Position numbers and translations under genes: made by a program. This document shows, one piece after another, positions 50,501-61,393 of a DNA stretch of 64,000 nucleotides. The first letter of the stretch is position 1. Each line of letters starts with the position of its first letter. The notes under the pieces are model-generated. The model did no database searches, had not been told where the DNA came from, and saw nothing but the letters and a program-made list of their open reading frames with translations. The DNA is from an uncultured Planctomycetaceae bacterium (GTDB lineage Bacteria > Planctomycetota > Planctomycetia > Planctomycetales > Planctomycetaceae), in the NCBI GenBank assembly GCA_963815195.1, contig CAWFGE010000019.1, positions 1 to 64,000 of the forward strand, in the 5' to 3' direction.

Positions 50501-52240
50501 TGTTGGCCGCCTGGAACTCGCGCTGCGCGAGCTGGATTTCACTGGCATAGAGATCCTGCCGGCGCTCGTCGGCCAAACGGTCCGCTTCCTTGCGCAGCCG
50601 CTGTTCCTCGCGCCGGGCCTTCTCGGCGACATCCCGCGCATCTTCAGCGCGTGCTTGGGCATCGACGGCATCTCCCAGAGCGGTTTCCCGATCGGCCGCC
50701 ACCTCGCGGTATTCCGTGGCGGCCAGCACGGATCCGAACGTCACCGCCAACAAGAGGGCGGCAATCAATCCGCAGAGGGATGCGATCGCCGGATTTCTCC
50801 GGGACCAGCGCGTCAGCCGCTCCACGCGCGAAAGCCGTGCGCCCGAATCGGTTCATCCGCCAGGAATCGCTCAAGATCGGCCCCCAGTTCCCCGGCGGTT
50901 TGGTAACGGCGATTGGGATCGAGATCAATGGCTTTTTGCACGATCGTCGCCAGGTCGCGCGGAATGGCCGAGTTGATATGCTCCAAGCGTTGGGGCTCAG
51001 AGCTTGTGACCTGCGAAATCAATTTGTGCCGGTCCTTTTCGCCAAACGCCGGACGCATGGCCAGGAGTTCGTAAAGCGTCAGTCCTAAGGAATACACATC
51101 GCTGCGAACATCGGTTTTTCCTTCAAAAGCTTCAGGCGGCATGTAGCGCAGTGTTCCGAGAATGTCTCCGGTGTGGGTGATGTCTTGTTGGTCGGCGGCT
51201 TTGGCGAGGCCGAAATCCGTGACCCACACCGTACCTTTCAAATCCAAGAGCAGGTTTGAGGGCTTGATGTCCCGGTGCAAGATTCCCTGCTCATGCGCAT
51301 ATTCCAAGGCGTCGGCCACTTGCCGGCCGACGCGGGCGATGCTGTGCCAATACGTCGCGTGTCGGCGGTCGCCCGACGATTCCGGCGCCCGTGTCGTTCC
51401 AAGCAAGGGAAGACTGGCTGAGGAATCGGAAATCTGGAACGTATCCGACAGCCGTTCCACCGTCGAAGGGGATTTCTCGGCCGGGAGACTTGCCGGAACC
51501 GCCGTTTCCAACGTCACGCCGGAATGGCCGCCGGACACCGCTTCGCCCAACACGGTCGGGGCCAGTTGTCCGCTCATCAACGAACGGGACACCATTTCCA
51601 CCGACACGTCCCGCCTCCGCTCAATCTTCAGTTCGGCCGTCGGCGGGAGGTTTTTCTGTTCGGCGGAATCGGACTGCAATTGCAGGAGCTCTTCAATGAC
51701 CTGGTCCAACCCCAGCCCCTGAATAAACTGCATGATGTAATAGTGCACGCCGTCCTGTTCCCCGACGCCAAACACCGGAACGATGTTCGTATGATGCAGC
51801 CGGGCTGCGGATTTCACTTCGCGATCGAATCGCCGGCGATGCTGCTCGTCGAGCAGCATTTGCTGGGGCAGTACTTTGAGGGCGACGTGCCGGCCCAGCG
51901 AGACTTGTTCCGCCTCGTAGACGATGCCCATTCCGCCACGCCCAATTTCACGAAGGATGCGAAAGTCTCCGAGTTGCTTGAGTTCCGGATTTCGCAACTC
52001 AGCCAACCCAGGCGGCGATGAGTCGTCAAACGATCGCACATCCTCCATTTCGACCAGAAGCGGAAACAACTCCCGAATCTCATTCGCCCATTCGGGATGC
52101 TGTTTCGTGTACTCGGAGAGAGCCGGCCGTTCTCCCCGCCGGAATCGTTCCACAAACTCGTCCGCCAGCATTTCCACCGGATTGCGAATTTCGGATTCGG
52201 TCATCGCTTGCCTCACAGGAATGGTTCGTGGATCGGTCAA
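47508..52240 (-). CDS. Ser/Thr protein kinase with TM helix and large WD40 region (one apparent frameshift near 50838)
   Basis: IGRGGMG, VALK, HRDIKPSN, DFG, GTLRYM; many GH...WD repeats; junction reads ADEPIRA(R)RLSRVERLTRW after restoring one base. Confidence 0.92.
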
Positions 52241-52869
52241 TGGGTTTCCCCGCGGGCTTCCTCCAGGATTTCCTTCATCCGCTTGAGCGCCCGCACGTAG
52301 CGATTGCTTGCCGCGGCTTGGGAGATTTCCAGCACTTTCGCCGCCTCCGCATTGGTCAACATCTCGAAATGCCGGAGCGTCAGCACCTCGCGGTCAATCG
52401 GATCCATCGCATTGAGCGCCTCTTGGATTTGCAGCTTCGACTCGGCCCGCATGGCGGCCCGGCTGGGTGAGGTCATTTTCCCAAGCAATTGGGCGGCCAA
52501 GGCAAACGAGGTCGCCTGCGGCATGGGGCCGCGATAGATCGAAACGTCGCGGCCGGCGTCGCGTTGTTGCACGCCGAGATGATGCCGATGCAAATCCGTC
52601 AGCTTCTGGCCCACGACCAGGCGCAGCCAAAGGAAAAACGGCAGGTTCTCCTTCTCCGAAAAAGACGGCAACCTGCGGCTGGCATCCAGATAAGCGTCTT
52701 GCAGGACATCGGACGGATCGACCCGGCCTTGGAGCCTGCGGTCCAGACGCAATCGGACCATCTGCCGGAGACGCTTTCGATACCGGTCGAACAACTCCGC
52801 CAGAGCCGCCTCTTCGCCGGCCTTCGCCTGGACCAGCAGATCGTCCAAGTTGTCGCTTTCCGCATTCAT
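52237..52869 (-). CDS. ECF sigma-70 factor (kinase-associated planctomycete type)
   Basis: RLDRRLQGRVDPSDVLQD, TSPSRAA, DREVLTLRHFEML, RYVRALKR; stop overlaps kinase start. Confidence 0.92.
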   Translation of the reverse strand: MNAESDNLDDLLVQAKAGEEAALAELFDRYRKRLRQMVRLRLDRRLQGRVDPSDVLQDAYLDASRRLPSFSEKENLPFFLWLRLVVGQKLTDLHRHHLGVQQRDAGRDVSIYRGPMPQATSFALAAQLLGKMTSPSRAAMRAESKLQIQEALNAMDPIDREVLTLRHFEMLTNAEAAKVLEISQAAASNRYVRALKRMKEILEEARGETH

Positions 52870-52899
52870 GATGACTCCCACATCAGGATACCCGAGATG

Positions 52900-53301
52900 G
52901 GAGGACGATCATAAACAGGAACTGTGCATTTTTTTCAACGGTTTGCGGGCCATAGTCCCACAATCCGCTCCGCGTTCCTTCAATCTTCACCAACCGCTGA
53001 TCGATCTTCTGTCGCTGGCCCGGACGAGGGCCAACCGTCTCGAACGATGCCTCGTCCACACGCGAGCCATGATAGATTTTGCCGGTCGTCAGGGTCTTAT
53101 AGCCGCCCAGAAGAGGATCACCGAGAAATCGCGGTCCACCCGCGACGGAGCGTTGTTGATTTCGGATTCGGAAGCCAGGAGCTGTGTTAGACTGGGCGGC
53201 AATCCTGCGGCGAGTGCTCCCAGGCTGAGCCCGCCGATTCGGAGCCATTCCCGCCGGGTGATCGGGCCAGGGGACCAAATGTCCTTCGATCGTGGCTGCA
53301 C
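52900..53301 (-). pseudogene. Chimeric remnant: DUF1501 N-terminus joined to a sulfatase-like internal fragment
   Basis: ITRREWLRIGGLSLG...SVILFW (DUF1501 start), then in another frame GYKTLTTGKIYHG...WDYGP. Confidence 0.55.
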
Positions 53302-53572
53302 GAACCAGTTCCCCCGCGTTTAATGATTTTTAGCATGTTCCAATACGGCATGCTACCCGATCGGTTGAGAACTTGACAATCATGGGCACATAGGCAGCTG
53401 GCTCGGCCTGATCGTCTTTCTGAATATCGAACTCCATGAGTCTTCCCGCACATAATCAAGTTGACATGCACTCGAACACTTGAAGTGAAGAACCTCTTAA
53501 CAGTAAAACTCGTCATTGACATTCATTTTAGGTTCTACAATAGCAACCGCTTTGAAAGAAAGGTTTCGGGTG

Positions 53573-53950
53573 ATGGCGAAAAAAGGGGGAGTCAACCGAA
53601 CGGAAAAAGTTCGCGAGTACATGCTGGCGAATCCCGATCAGACAAATGCCGAGGCGTTCCGCGGACTCGAGGCCCAGGGAACCCATGTGTCCCACAGTCT
53701 GATCAGCCAGGTGCGGAAGCAAATGGGCTTCCCGCAGGGCGGTAGCACAAAAAAAAGGGCCGGCAAGAAGAAGGCCAAAAAGAAAGTCGGCCAGAAAAAA
53801 ACATCGATGGCTCAACCTGCCTCAGCACCGACTGCCCGGGGACGGGCCATTACGGCAGAAGATCTGTTTGAGGCCAAAAAGTTGGCCGACGATTTGGGCG
53901 GGCTGGAGCGGGTACGAGAGGCATTGGATGCTTTGGAGCGGTTGCGGTAG
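53573..53950 (+). CDS. Small basic protein, probable DNA-binding
   Basis: N-terminal HTH-like NRTEKVREY...VSHSLISQVR, Lys-rich linker, C-terminal EAKKLADDLGGLERVREALDALERLR. Confidence 0.8.
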   Translation: MAKKGGVNRTEKVREYMLANPDQTNAEAFRGLEAQGTHVSHSLISQVRKQMGFPQGGSTKKRAGKKKAKKKVGQKKTSMAQPASAPTARGRAITAEDLFEAKKLADDLGGLERVREALDALERLR

Positions 53951-53968
53951 CAAAACCCAGAAGCCGAA

Positions 53969-54009
53969 ATGACAAAGCCTCACGCGTTTTGTGGTGAGGC
54001 TTTGTCATT
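53969..54009. terminator. Hairpin between convergent small genes
   Basis: aatgacaaagcctcac-loop-gtgaggctttgtcatt. Confidence 0.75.
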
Positions 54010-54026
54010 CAAGGACAAAGAAAGGC

Positions 54027-54185
54027 TCATGCCGATTTTCGCAGTCGAGCCAACTCATCCAGGGCGAGTTTCGCTCGCTCAACCCCGCCCATCTTCTGCA
54101 CAAAGTCCTGAATCTTCAGAACCTCCTGTTCCGCGATCCCCTTTTTGCCCCTGATGGCGTTTTGTTTACTCTTTCCTTGTTCCAT
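54027..54185 (-). CDS. 52-aa protein, not in the ORF track; paralog of the neighbour's C-terminal motif
   Basis: GGAGG RBS then MEQGKSKQNAIRGKKGIAEQEVLKIQDFVQKMGGVERAKLALDELARLRKSA*. Confidence 0.75.
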   Translation of the reverse strand: MEQGKSKQNAIRGKKGIAEQEVLKIQDFVQKMGGVERAKLALDELARLRKSA

Positions 54186-54329
54186 TTGAGCCTCCCATTG
54201 GATTTCGATAACTCCCTAATTGCCATCTCTATCATCGGCAGGCAAAGTTACGCTATTCCACCAGACTTCCCCACCTGCCGCTCAGGAAACTTGGTGAAAC
54301 TGTTCCACCAAGAAAGGAACGTCTTCCAA

Positions 54330-54620
54330 GCATTTTGACGGCCGCCGACTTGAACCCGTTCTTCGCCCGATTGCCTGAGGGAACGGCGGTCTGGTTTCCG
54401 GCCGGGGCCAAATACCGGATCGACGGGACCTTGCTGCTGGATGAAGAACAACCTCACCCTTGAAGGAACGGCGTTCTGTTTCGTGCCTTTGATCGCGGTG
54501 AAAACCACAGCAAACAGGAGAACTACACCGACTGGAAACAGACCCGGAATCGCGCCCATTTCCGTATCGTCGGCGGGCGGAATGTTGCGTCCGGGATGTC
54601 GAAGTGCATGGGGCGCGTCC
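54330..54620 (+). pseudogene. Frameshifted fragment of a right-handed beta-helix (pectin lyase-like) gene
   Basis: ADLNPFFARLPEGTAVWFPAGAKYRIDGTLLL / KNNLTLEG / NGVLFRA split over several frames. Confidence 0.5.
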
Positions 54621-54717
54621 TGACGGTGCTTGCCAAAATTCTTGCCACCAAGTGCGCTTGCCAGTAATGGCAAATGAAAAAGCCTCGCAAGTCATTAACC
54701 TGCAAGGCTTTAAGTAG

Positions 54718-54792
54718 TGGACGATACTGGACTCGAACCAGTGACCTCCACGATGTCAACGTGGCGCTCTAACCAAACTGAGCTAATCGTCC
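54718..54792 (-). tRNA. tRNA-Val(GAC)
   Basis: GGACGAT/ATCGTCC acceptor, CCACG-TTGACAT-CGTGG anticodon arm, GGTTCGAGTCC. Confidence 0.95.
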
Positions 54793-54823
54793 GCTGCTTC
54801 GGGATTATTTTGGTGTATTGGGA

Positions 54824-54852
54824 AATCTATGTCTTCCCGCGGGGAATGTCAA
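54824..54852 (-). promoter_or_regulatory. Sigma70 promoter of tRNA-Val
   Basis: TTGACA-17 nt-TAGATT on the minus strand. Confidence 0.65.
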
Positions 54853-55019
54853 ACCCGAACGAACCTCGATGGCACAATTTGCGTCTTGAGGAGACGCCCG
54901 CGACCGATGCGGGCTTGCGGATGCGGGTTGATCATGAGTTTGTGAACCGTGATTCTGTTGGATCGCCAACGTCGCCACTCCATGACCAACAAACGGTTGC
55001 GGGACGGCGGGAACGGCGG

Positions 55020-55049
55020 TTGACGTTGTTTGGCGGCGTCCGATATAAC
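55020..55049 (+). promoter_or_regulatory. Putative sigma70 promoter of thrS
   Basis: TTGACG-18 nt-TATAAC. Confidence 0.5.
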
Positions 55050-55104
55050 CGAATCCGTTTCCCTTTCTCTTTTTAAGTCGCGTTTTAGATCGCGTTTCAA
55101 CATC

Positions 55105-57330
55105 ATGCTGGAAATTGAACTCCCGGACGGAAGTCGCAAAGAATACCCGGAAGAATCCACAGCGCTCGACGTGGCCGAGAGCATCAGCGGGCGGTTGGCC
55201 CAGGAAGTCGTCGCGGCGGAAGTCGGTGGGGCGGTTGTGGATGCGATGCGGCCGCTCCAAGACGTGGCCGGCCCGGAGCGGCCCGTCAAATTGACCTTGA
55301 TCACCCGCTCCAACCGCGGCGAGCGGGCGGCGGAACTCGATCGAAAGGCCTTGGGCGTCCTCAGGCATTCGTGCGCCCATGTGATGGCCCGGGCAGTGAT
55401 GCGGCTGTACCCCGGCGTCGGGCTGGCCTTCGGTCCGACCCGCGGGCATGGCTATTATTACGACTTCGATCTGGAAACCCCGATCAGCGAGGAGGATTTT
55501 CCGAAGATCGAAGCCGAGATGAAGAACATCGTCAAGGACGCCGAGCCGTTTGAAAGGTTCTCGCTGCCCCGCGAGGAAGCTGTGCGGTTCTGTGCCGATC
55601 TCCAGCAGGAGCTCAAAGTCGAGCACATAAGCACTGGCCTCGCGGAGCATGGGGATTTGAGCTTCTATCGGCAGGGCGAGTTTGTCGATCTCTGCCGGGG
55701 GCCGCATGTTCCCGACGCGGGAAAGATCAAAGCCTTCAAGCTGCTGTCGGTGGCGGGGTCGTATTGGAAAGGCGACGCTTCGGGCAGACCGCTGCAGCGG
55801 TTGTATGGCACCGCGTGGTTCGACAAGAAGGACCAAAACCGCTACCTCGAACAACTCGAAGAAGCCAAGAAGCGCGACCACCGCGTGCTCGGCAAGAAGC
55901 TGGGGCTGTTTAGCATCTCCGAAGAGGTTGGGCAGGGGCTGTGTTTGTGGTTGCCCAAGGGGGCGACGGTGCGGGCGATTCTGGAGGATTTTATCAAGCG
56001 GGAACTTTTGAACCGCGGCTATCAGCCGGTGTATTCGCCGCACATCGGGCGGGTGGAGCTTTACGAAACCAGCGGGCATTTTCCGTATTACCGCGATTCG
56101 CAGTTCGCGCCGATATTCGGCCATTCCGCAGGGCAGCTTGTGGATACTTGGATCCGCATGCTCGATCCGAAAGACGAACTGCCGGCCCCTTCGCCCGAGG
56201 ATGAAGAGAAGCTCTTGGATGCCGCGCGCGTGCTGGGCTTCGATGTGAAAGACATGAAACTCGCGGCTTCGGCGGAAGATAAAATGGCCGTCCTCAAAGC
56301 CTGGCAGAAGCAGCAGGAGCGGTATCTCTTAAAGCCCATGAACTGCCCGCATCACGTGCAGATGTATAAAGCGATGCCCCGCAGCTACCGCGACTTGCCG
56401 GTGCGGTTGGCGGAGTTTGGGACCGTGTATCGGCACGAGCAATCGGGCGAGCTCAACGGCATGCTGCGGGTGCGGGGCCTCACCCAGGATGATGCCCACC
56501 TGTTTTGCACCCAAGAGCAAGTCGAAGACGAGTTCCGCGAAACCTTGGAGCTTGTCAAGTTCGTGTTGAACAGCGTCGGCTTGGAGGATTACCGCGTGCA
56601 GTTGTCCTTGCGGGATCCGGAAAGCGATAAGTACGTCGGCAGCGAGGAGAACTGGCAGCGGGCGGAATCGGCGCTCAGGAACGTGCTCACCGATATGGGC
56701 ATGTCCTTTGAAGCCCGCGAAGGCGAGGCGGCGTTTTATGGTCCCAAGGCCGACTTCATGGTCCGGGATTGTTTGGGCCGGGAATGGCAGCTGGGCACCG
56801 TGCAGCTCGATTACAACCTGCCGGAGCGGTTCGAGCTCGAATACATCGGCCAGGACAACCGCCCGCATCGCCCGGTGATGATCCACCGCGCCCCGTTCGG
56901 TTCGATGGAGCGGTTTGTGGGCATGTTGATCGAACATTTCGCCGGGGCGTTTCCGTTGTGGCTCGCGCCCGAGCAAGCCCGCGTGCTGCCTTTGTCGGAT
57001 AAGTCGCTCGATTACGCCCGGCAAGTCGAACGCCAGTTTCGCGAAGCCGGCTTCCGCGTGACCACCGATGCGAAAAGCTCGAAGGTCCAGGCGAAAATCC
57101 GCGAGGCCCAGTTGGAGCTGATTCCGTATATGCTCGTCGTGGGACCGAAGGAAGCCGAGGACGGAGCCGTCGCCGTCCGCGACCGCATCGAAGGCGACCT
57201 GGGCGCGATGCCGATCGCGGACGCCATCGCCAAACTCCGCCAGGAAGCGGCGGGCCGCGTCGTCCGGCAAGTCGTCAAATCCAGCTTCGCCAGCCTGGAA
57301 GCCGCGGGCGGGGAAGCGAACGAATACTGA
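55105..57330 (+). CDS. thrS: Threonine--tRNA ligase
   Basis: TGS start [46 protein letters not shown]. Confidence 0.98.
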   Translation: MLEIELPDGSRKEYPEESTALDVAESISGRLAQEVVAAEVGGAVVDAMRPLQDVAGPERPVKLTLITRSNRGERAAELDRKALGVLRHSCAHVMARAVMRLYPGVGLAFGPTRGHGYYYDFDLETPISEEDFPKIEAEMKNIVKDAEPFERFSLPREEAVRFCADLQQELKVEHISTGLAEHGDLSFYRQGEFVDLCRGPHVPDAGKIKAFKLLSVAGSYWKGDASGRPLQRLYGTAWFDKKDQNRYLEQLEEAKKRDHRVLGKKLGLFSISEEVGQGLCLWLPKGATVRAILEDFIKRELLNRGYQPVYSPHIGRVELYETSGHFPYYRDSQFAPIFGHSAGQLVDTWIRMLDPKDELPAPSPEDEEKLLDAARVLGFDVKDMKLAASAEDKMAVLKAWQKQQERYLLKPMNCPHHVQMYKAMPRSYRDLPVRLAEFGTVYRHEQSGELNGMLRVRGLTQDDAHLFCTQEQVEDEFRETLELVKFVLNSVGLEDYRVQLSLRDPESDKYVGSEENWQRAESALRNVLTDMGMSFEAREGEAAFYGPKADFMVRDCLGREWQLGTVQLDYNLPERFELEYIGQDNRPHRPVMIHRAPFGSMERFVGMLIEHFAGAFPLWLAPEQARVLPLSDKSLDYARQVERQFREAGFRVTTDAKSSKVQAKIREAQLELIPYMLVVGPKEAEDGAVAVRDRIEGDLGAMPIADAIAKLRQEAAGRVVRQVVKSSFASLEAAGGEANEY

Positions 57331-57420
57331 CCGCCTGCGGCGGCATGACCAATGACCAAGCACCAATGACAATGTGGTATGATCCATCGGCCGGTTTGGT
57401 GCGTTTTTCATTAATGACAG

Positions 57421-57469
57421 CCCAAGCCGGCGACTTGTCGTCGGTCCGACCGCGAGCGGTCGGCTTGGG
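57421..57469. repeat. REP-like palindrome (CCCAAGCCG family)
   Basis: cccaagccggcgacttgtcgtcgg...cggcttggg; related copy cccaagccgccgacttgtcggcgg at 13260-13284. Confidence 0.65.
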
Positions 57470-57497
57470 ATAAATCGACTTCTCCCGCGCAATCTCT

Positions 57498-60400
57498 ATG
57501 TCCATTGCTTCTCCTCAATCGCAATCTGCTCCCCTGACTGAGGCCGAGTTGAAGCGGCGGATTGATGAGGTGGAGCAGCGGCTCACGGCGTTCCGGCGGG
57601 AGCAGGAGTCCCGAACTCTGACCCTCCCCCAAGAAGCGGCGGAAACGTTGGCGGAGATCGAGCAGGAGGTCATCGAGCTCGCGGGGCACTTAATTCAATC
57701 CGGAGCCCGGTTGGACGGCAATGCGCTTCTGGCCGATGTCCAGGGGCTTCAAGCTCTTTGCGAGCGGCTGGGATTGGATTCCGCCGCGATCGCCGCCGCG
57801 GAGTTGACGTTTGCGGATTTGGAATATACCGCGGAGGCTTGGAAGGAATCGCTGTCGCCGATTCTGCAAAACCCCGAGCCGGATGCGTGCTTCACGGCTC
57901 TTGTGCAGACGACGGCTTACGAACTCGAAGCGGAAAGCCACGATCCCAATCGCATGACCCGGCAGACGGTGTTCGCGGAGATCCGCCAGGACCTTCGGCA
58001 GGCGTTTCGAAGCGCAATCGAAAGAGACGCCGCCGAGTTTGGAGACCCGCAATCGCTGGGTGCGGGATTTGATCGACCGGGCGGATTTGACGCTCACCAG
58101 CGTGGACAGCCTGCCCAGCGACCGGGCGGCGATGCAGCTCGAAATCGTCGCCGAGGATTTGCGCTGGCATTTGGAGCATGTGGAAACCCGCCGAAGCAGC
58201 CGCCGCCGCCGGCTCAAGCGGAAGCTGTTCCAACTCGAAGCCGAGCGGCAGGAACGCGACCTGCAAGCCCGGCTGTACCAGAAGTTCGGCCGGCCGTTGG
58301 TCAAGTGGATGGATCGCTTGATCCTGTTTTTGATCCTCGCAGTCGTGGGGTTGATTCTCGTCGACAGCTTCAGCGATCTCTCGGAGCGCACGAAGATCGC
58401 GCTTTACATCTTCGACGGCACGGCGTGCTCCATTTTCCTGTTGGAGTTTTTCGTCAAGCTCGCGATGGTCCGCCGAAAGTGGCTGTGGTTCTGGCGGCAT
58501 TTCTTCATCGACTTTGTGCCCTCGGTTCCGATTGGACTTCTGGTGATCCTTCTGCCGGGAGCGGCCGCGCGGGCGATCAAGTATGTGTTTCTGCTCCGGT
58601 TCGCGAGGTTTCTGCGCGGGTTCGGTTTGATGGCCCGCGGGTTTGATCGGTTGGCCCGGCAGTATGGGCATGTGCTCAATCAGAACGTGATCCTCTATCC
58701 GACCCGCGAGGAACTCGACAACTCCCGCAGCCGATTGCCCACCCATTGCGCCCGGCTCGTGCGGTTGCGGGAGCAGGTGCATCAAAGTTGGGGAGCCTGT
58801 TTGACGAACATGCCGGCCGCCGACCGTCCCGCGGCGGTGGGCCGCCGATTGGCGATGTTTTCCGAAGCCTTGGCCCAGCGGCGCGAGCGGGAAACGATCT
58901 CGGCGTTGGCACCGCGGGCGCCGGCCCGCGAGATCGCGGCGGAGGTGTTGATTCAGCATCTCTCCACAATGACGCCCCAAGCCGCGGAGGTCGGGCTGGG
59001 ACCGGAACTGGTTATGCAACTTGCGGGCGGCGTGCGGATGCTCGCGCGGGTGCCGTTTCGCTGGCTGCCGATCATTTCTTCGCTCGTGCCTCGGATCACG
59101 AAGGGCATGACCGATGCCGACGTCGTCGCGGCGGCGTCCCGGCAGACGGCCCGCGTGGTCCGGCGGTTTCACAACGCCTACTTCTGGTTCGCCGACCTTT
59201 ACGGCACCGTGACGCCGTCGCAGTTCGTGGACCGGGTGGGCGGGATGCTCGTCAAAAGCTCGTTTCGGCCGGCGTATCGCATGCTGCTCTTTGGCGGTTT
59301 GTATGGCCTGATCCTATTGCTGTTGAGTGTCGTCCCGTGGCTCAGCGAGTTGGAATCGTTCAAAAAATACTTTGAACGCTTTGTCGGCGACGTGGTGTTG
59401 ATCGTGGGCAGCGTTTCGTTTTTGATTCTGGGCCTGGGCTGGTGGCTGCAGCGCGTGGCCCGGGAGGCGACGGAGTTTTTCGAGCGCTCTGCGCAGGCTC
59501 AGTTTTTGTCGCTGACGGAAATTATCCGCAGCCGTTATTTGGAACGCGACGCCGAGCTGCTCTGCGTCCGCGTGTTGGGACCGGAACGCCAACTCATGCT
59601 GCCCGAAGAGCCGATGCCCGAGGAGGCCGAGGTCCAGCAGGTGCTCGGGCGGATTCACCAGGCGCTGGTCGAAGCCCACTTGGGTTCGGGCAACGGCGGC
59701 GGCTGGCGGGGGCTGGATACCGTGATGCTTCTGTACCGCGACTGGCTGGACGGGGCGATTCTTCACGACAACGACACGCGATCGACCAGCCAGCTTCTGG
59801 GCAGCCCCGCGGTCCGACAAGTGCTGAGTTTGTCCTCGCGGATTCGGCCCAAAGAACTCAAGCAGCTTTACGCCCTCGATCTCGTCCGGCAGAAGTCGCT
59901 GTTTGGCGGACCTTATCTCTGGTTCAACTTCGTCGCCCGCTCGATCGCGCATGGGGCGGCGAACCTGATCATCGATTACAACCAGAACGCGATCCCCTTA
60001 AACGAAGTCCCGCACATCAGCGAGAGCCAGCGGCGGCATTATGAGAATTGGGCCGAGGGCCGAACCGAGAACAACGTCGCCACCGAAACCCCGGAAGAAG
60101 ACGTCGAGCGGGATTACGTCACCAATGCATTTACCGCGCTGCATTTTTTGGACTTCGACGAACAGCGGGATCGGGAAGTCGCCGAGCGATTCGGCGGCGA
60201 AGTGTTGGACCGATTGGTCCGCGACCGCAGCCATTTGATCCGCCGCATCTTCGGCACCTTCCCCATGCACGACCGGCCCAAGGAGCAGCGGGTCGTCAAT
60301 TTGTATTCGCTGTATGGCTCGTGGCTCTCCGGCGGGCGGGCGCTGTTTCTGCCTTGGTTCTTGTTTCTGCTCGGGCTCAAGCTGTTGGGAAACCTCTTGG

Positions 60401-61338
60401 TGTGGGTCGCGCGTTCGGTCGAGCAAATCCGCCGGCCGGAATCCCGCCGGGACAGCGGCGACGCGGCGAAGGCCCATTTCCTCACCGCGGTGCGAAAGAT
60501 CGAACGCATCCGAGGCCCGGTGGTTTATGCGAGCACGCGCCTGCGGATGCGGATCGATCCCGAATTCCTGAACGTCCCCTTGCCGGGGCAGACGCGAACG
60601 ATGCTGGGCGATGCCTCGATCGAACGCGACCTGCAGTTCTTGCATCCGGTGCCGGAGTTTCTCGACGAAGTCAACGAGCAGCGCCGCCGGGCCCAGGCCG
60701 ACATGGCCCGGCTCAATGGCTTGATCGAAACCGGCCTGCTCGAACGGTGCGCGAAACAGAGGGGATTGCCCGACGATGCGTTCCTGACGCCCGAACATTT
60801 GAGGGCCTGTGCGGTGGCGTATCTGGCGGATTACCGCGGCGTGCGGTCCAGGCTCTCGGCTCCGGCGATACTCGATGAAGTGGTTCGCCTCGCGGAGAGC
60901 GAACCCGTCCGGCCCGGCAAACGGATTCCGCATTGGCTCTTCAAGCGAAAGTTCAAACGCTATTGGGCGAAGCGGGGTTTCGGCGACCGCCACGCCCGCC
61001 GCTGCGCCTGGCGGGCGATCCTCAACAACCTCTGGGGTTCCGCCGACGCGTTGGCGGAGTGGTCCGAAGAAACCGAATCGTCTCGGAAGTCAAAATTGAA
61101 ACCTAACGCGACCTTCGCGGAGCGAAGGACGACCGCCCCGGAATTCTCTCCAAAGCGCGGCGAAGAACTCTTGGGCGAACTCTTGCTGCATCCCGGCCGG
61201 ATTTCCGAGCAGCTCGTCACCGTGCGGGCCATTCAAACCTTGGCGGTGATGGACGTGCTCTGCTACCGCGAACACATCTACCACCTCGGCCGCTACCACG
61301 AAATGGGCGACGCCGCCAACGGACTGTTGACATGGTGA
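57498..61338 (+). CDS. Large membrane protein (~1280 aa) with voltage-sensor-like four-TM domain (one apparent frameshift near 58030)
   Basis: Coiled-coil N-terminus; S2 IFLLEFFVKL, S3 FFIDF, S4 LLRFARFLR; long C-terminal region with extra TM helices. Confidence 0.75.
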
Positions 61339-61393
61339 GACAAGGCGAGCGGCCGGCGTAAGCCGGCTGATTAGGCACAACAACCAAAGACGA

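Noticed and set aside
50813..50840. Kinase and WD40 as two separate genes
   Set aside because: Restoring one base gives the typical continuous EPIRARR..ER..RW.RRNP junction of kinase-WD40 fusions
54248..54717. Integrase or prophage at tRNA-Val
   Set aside because: No recombinase motifs, phage genes or duplicated tRNA 3' end found in the window
56110..56320. Intein in thrS
   Set aside because: Too short and lacks the C/S start and HN end motifs
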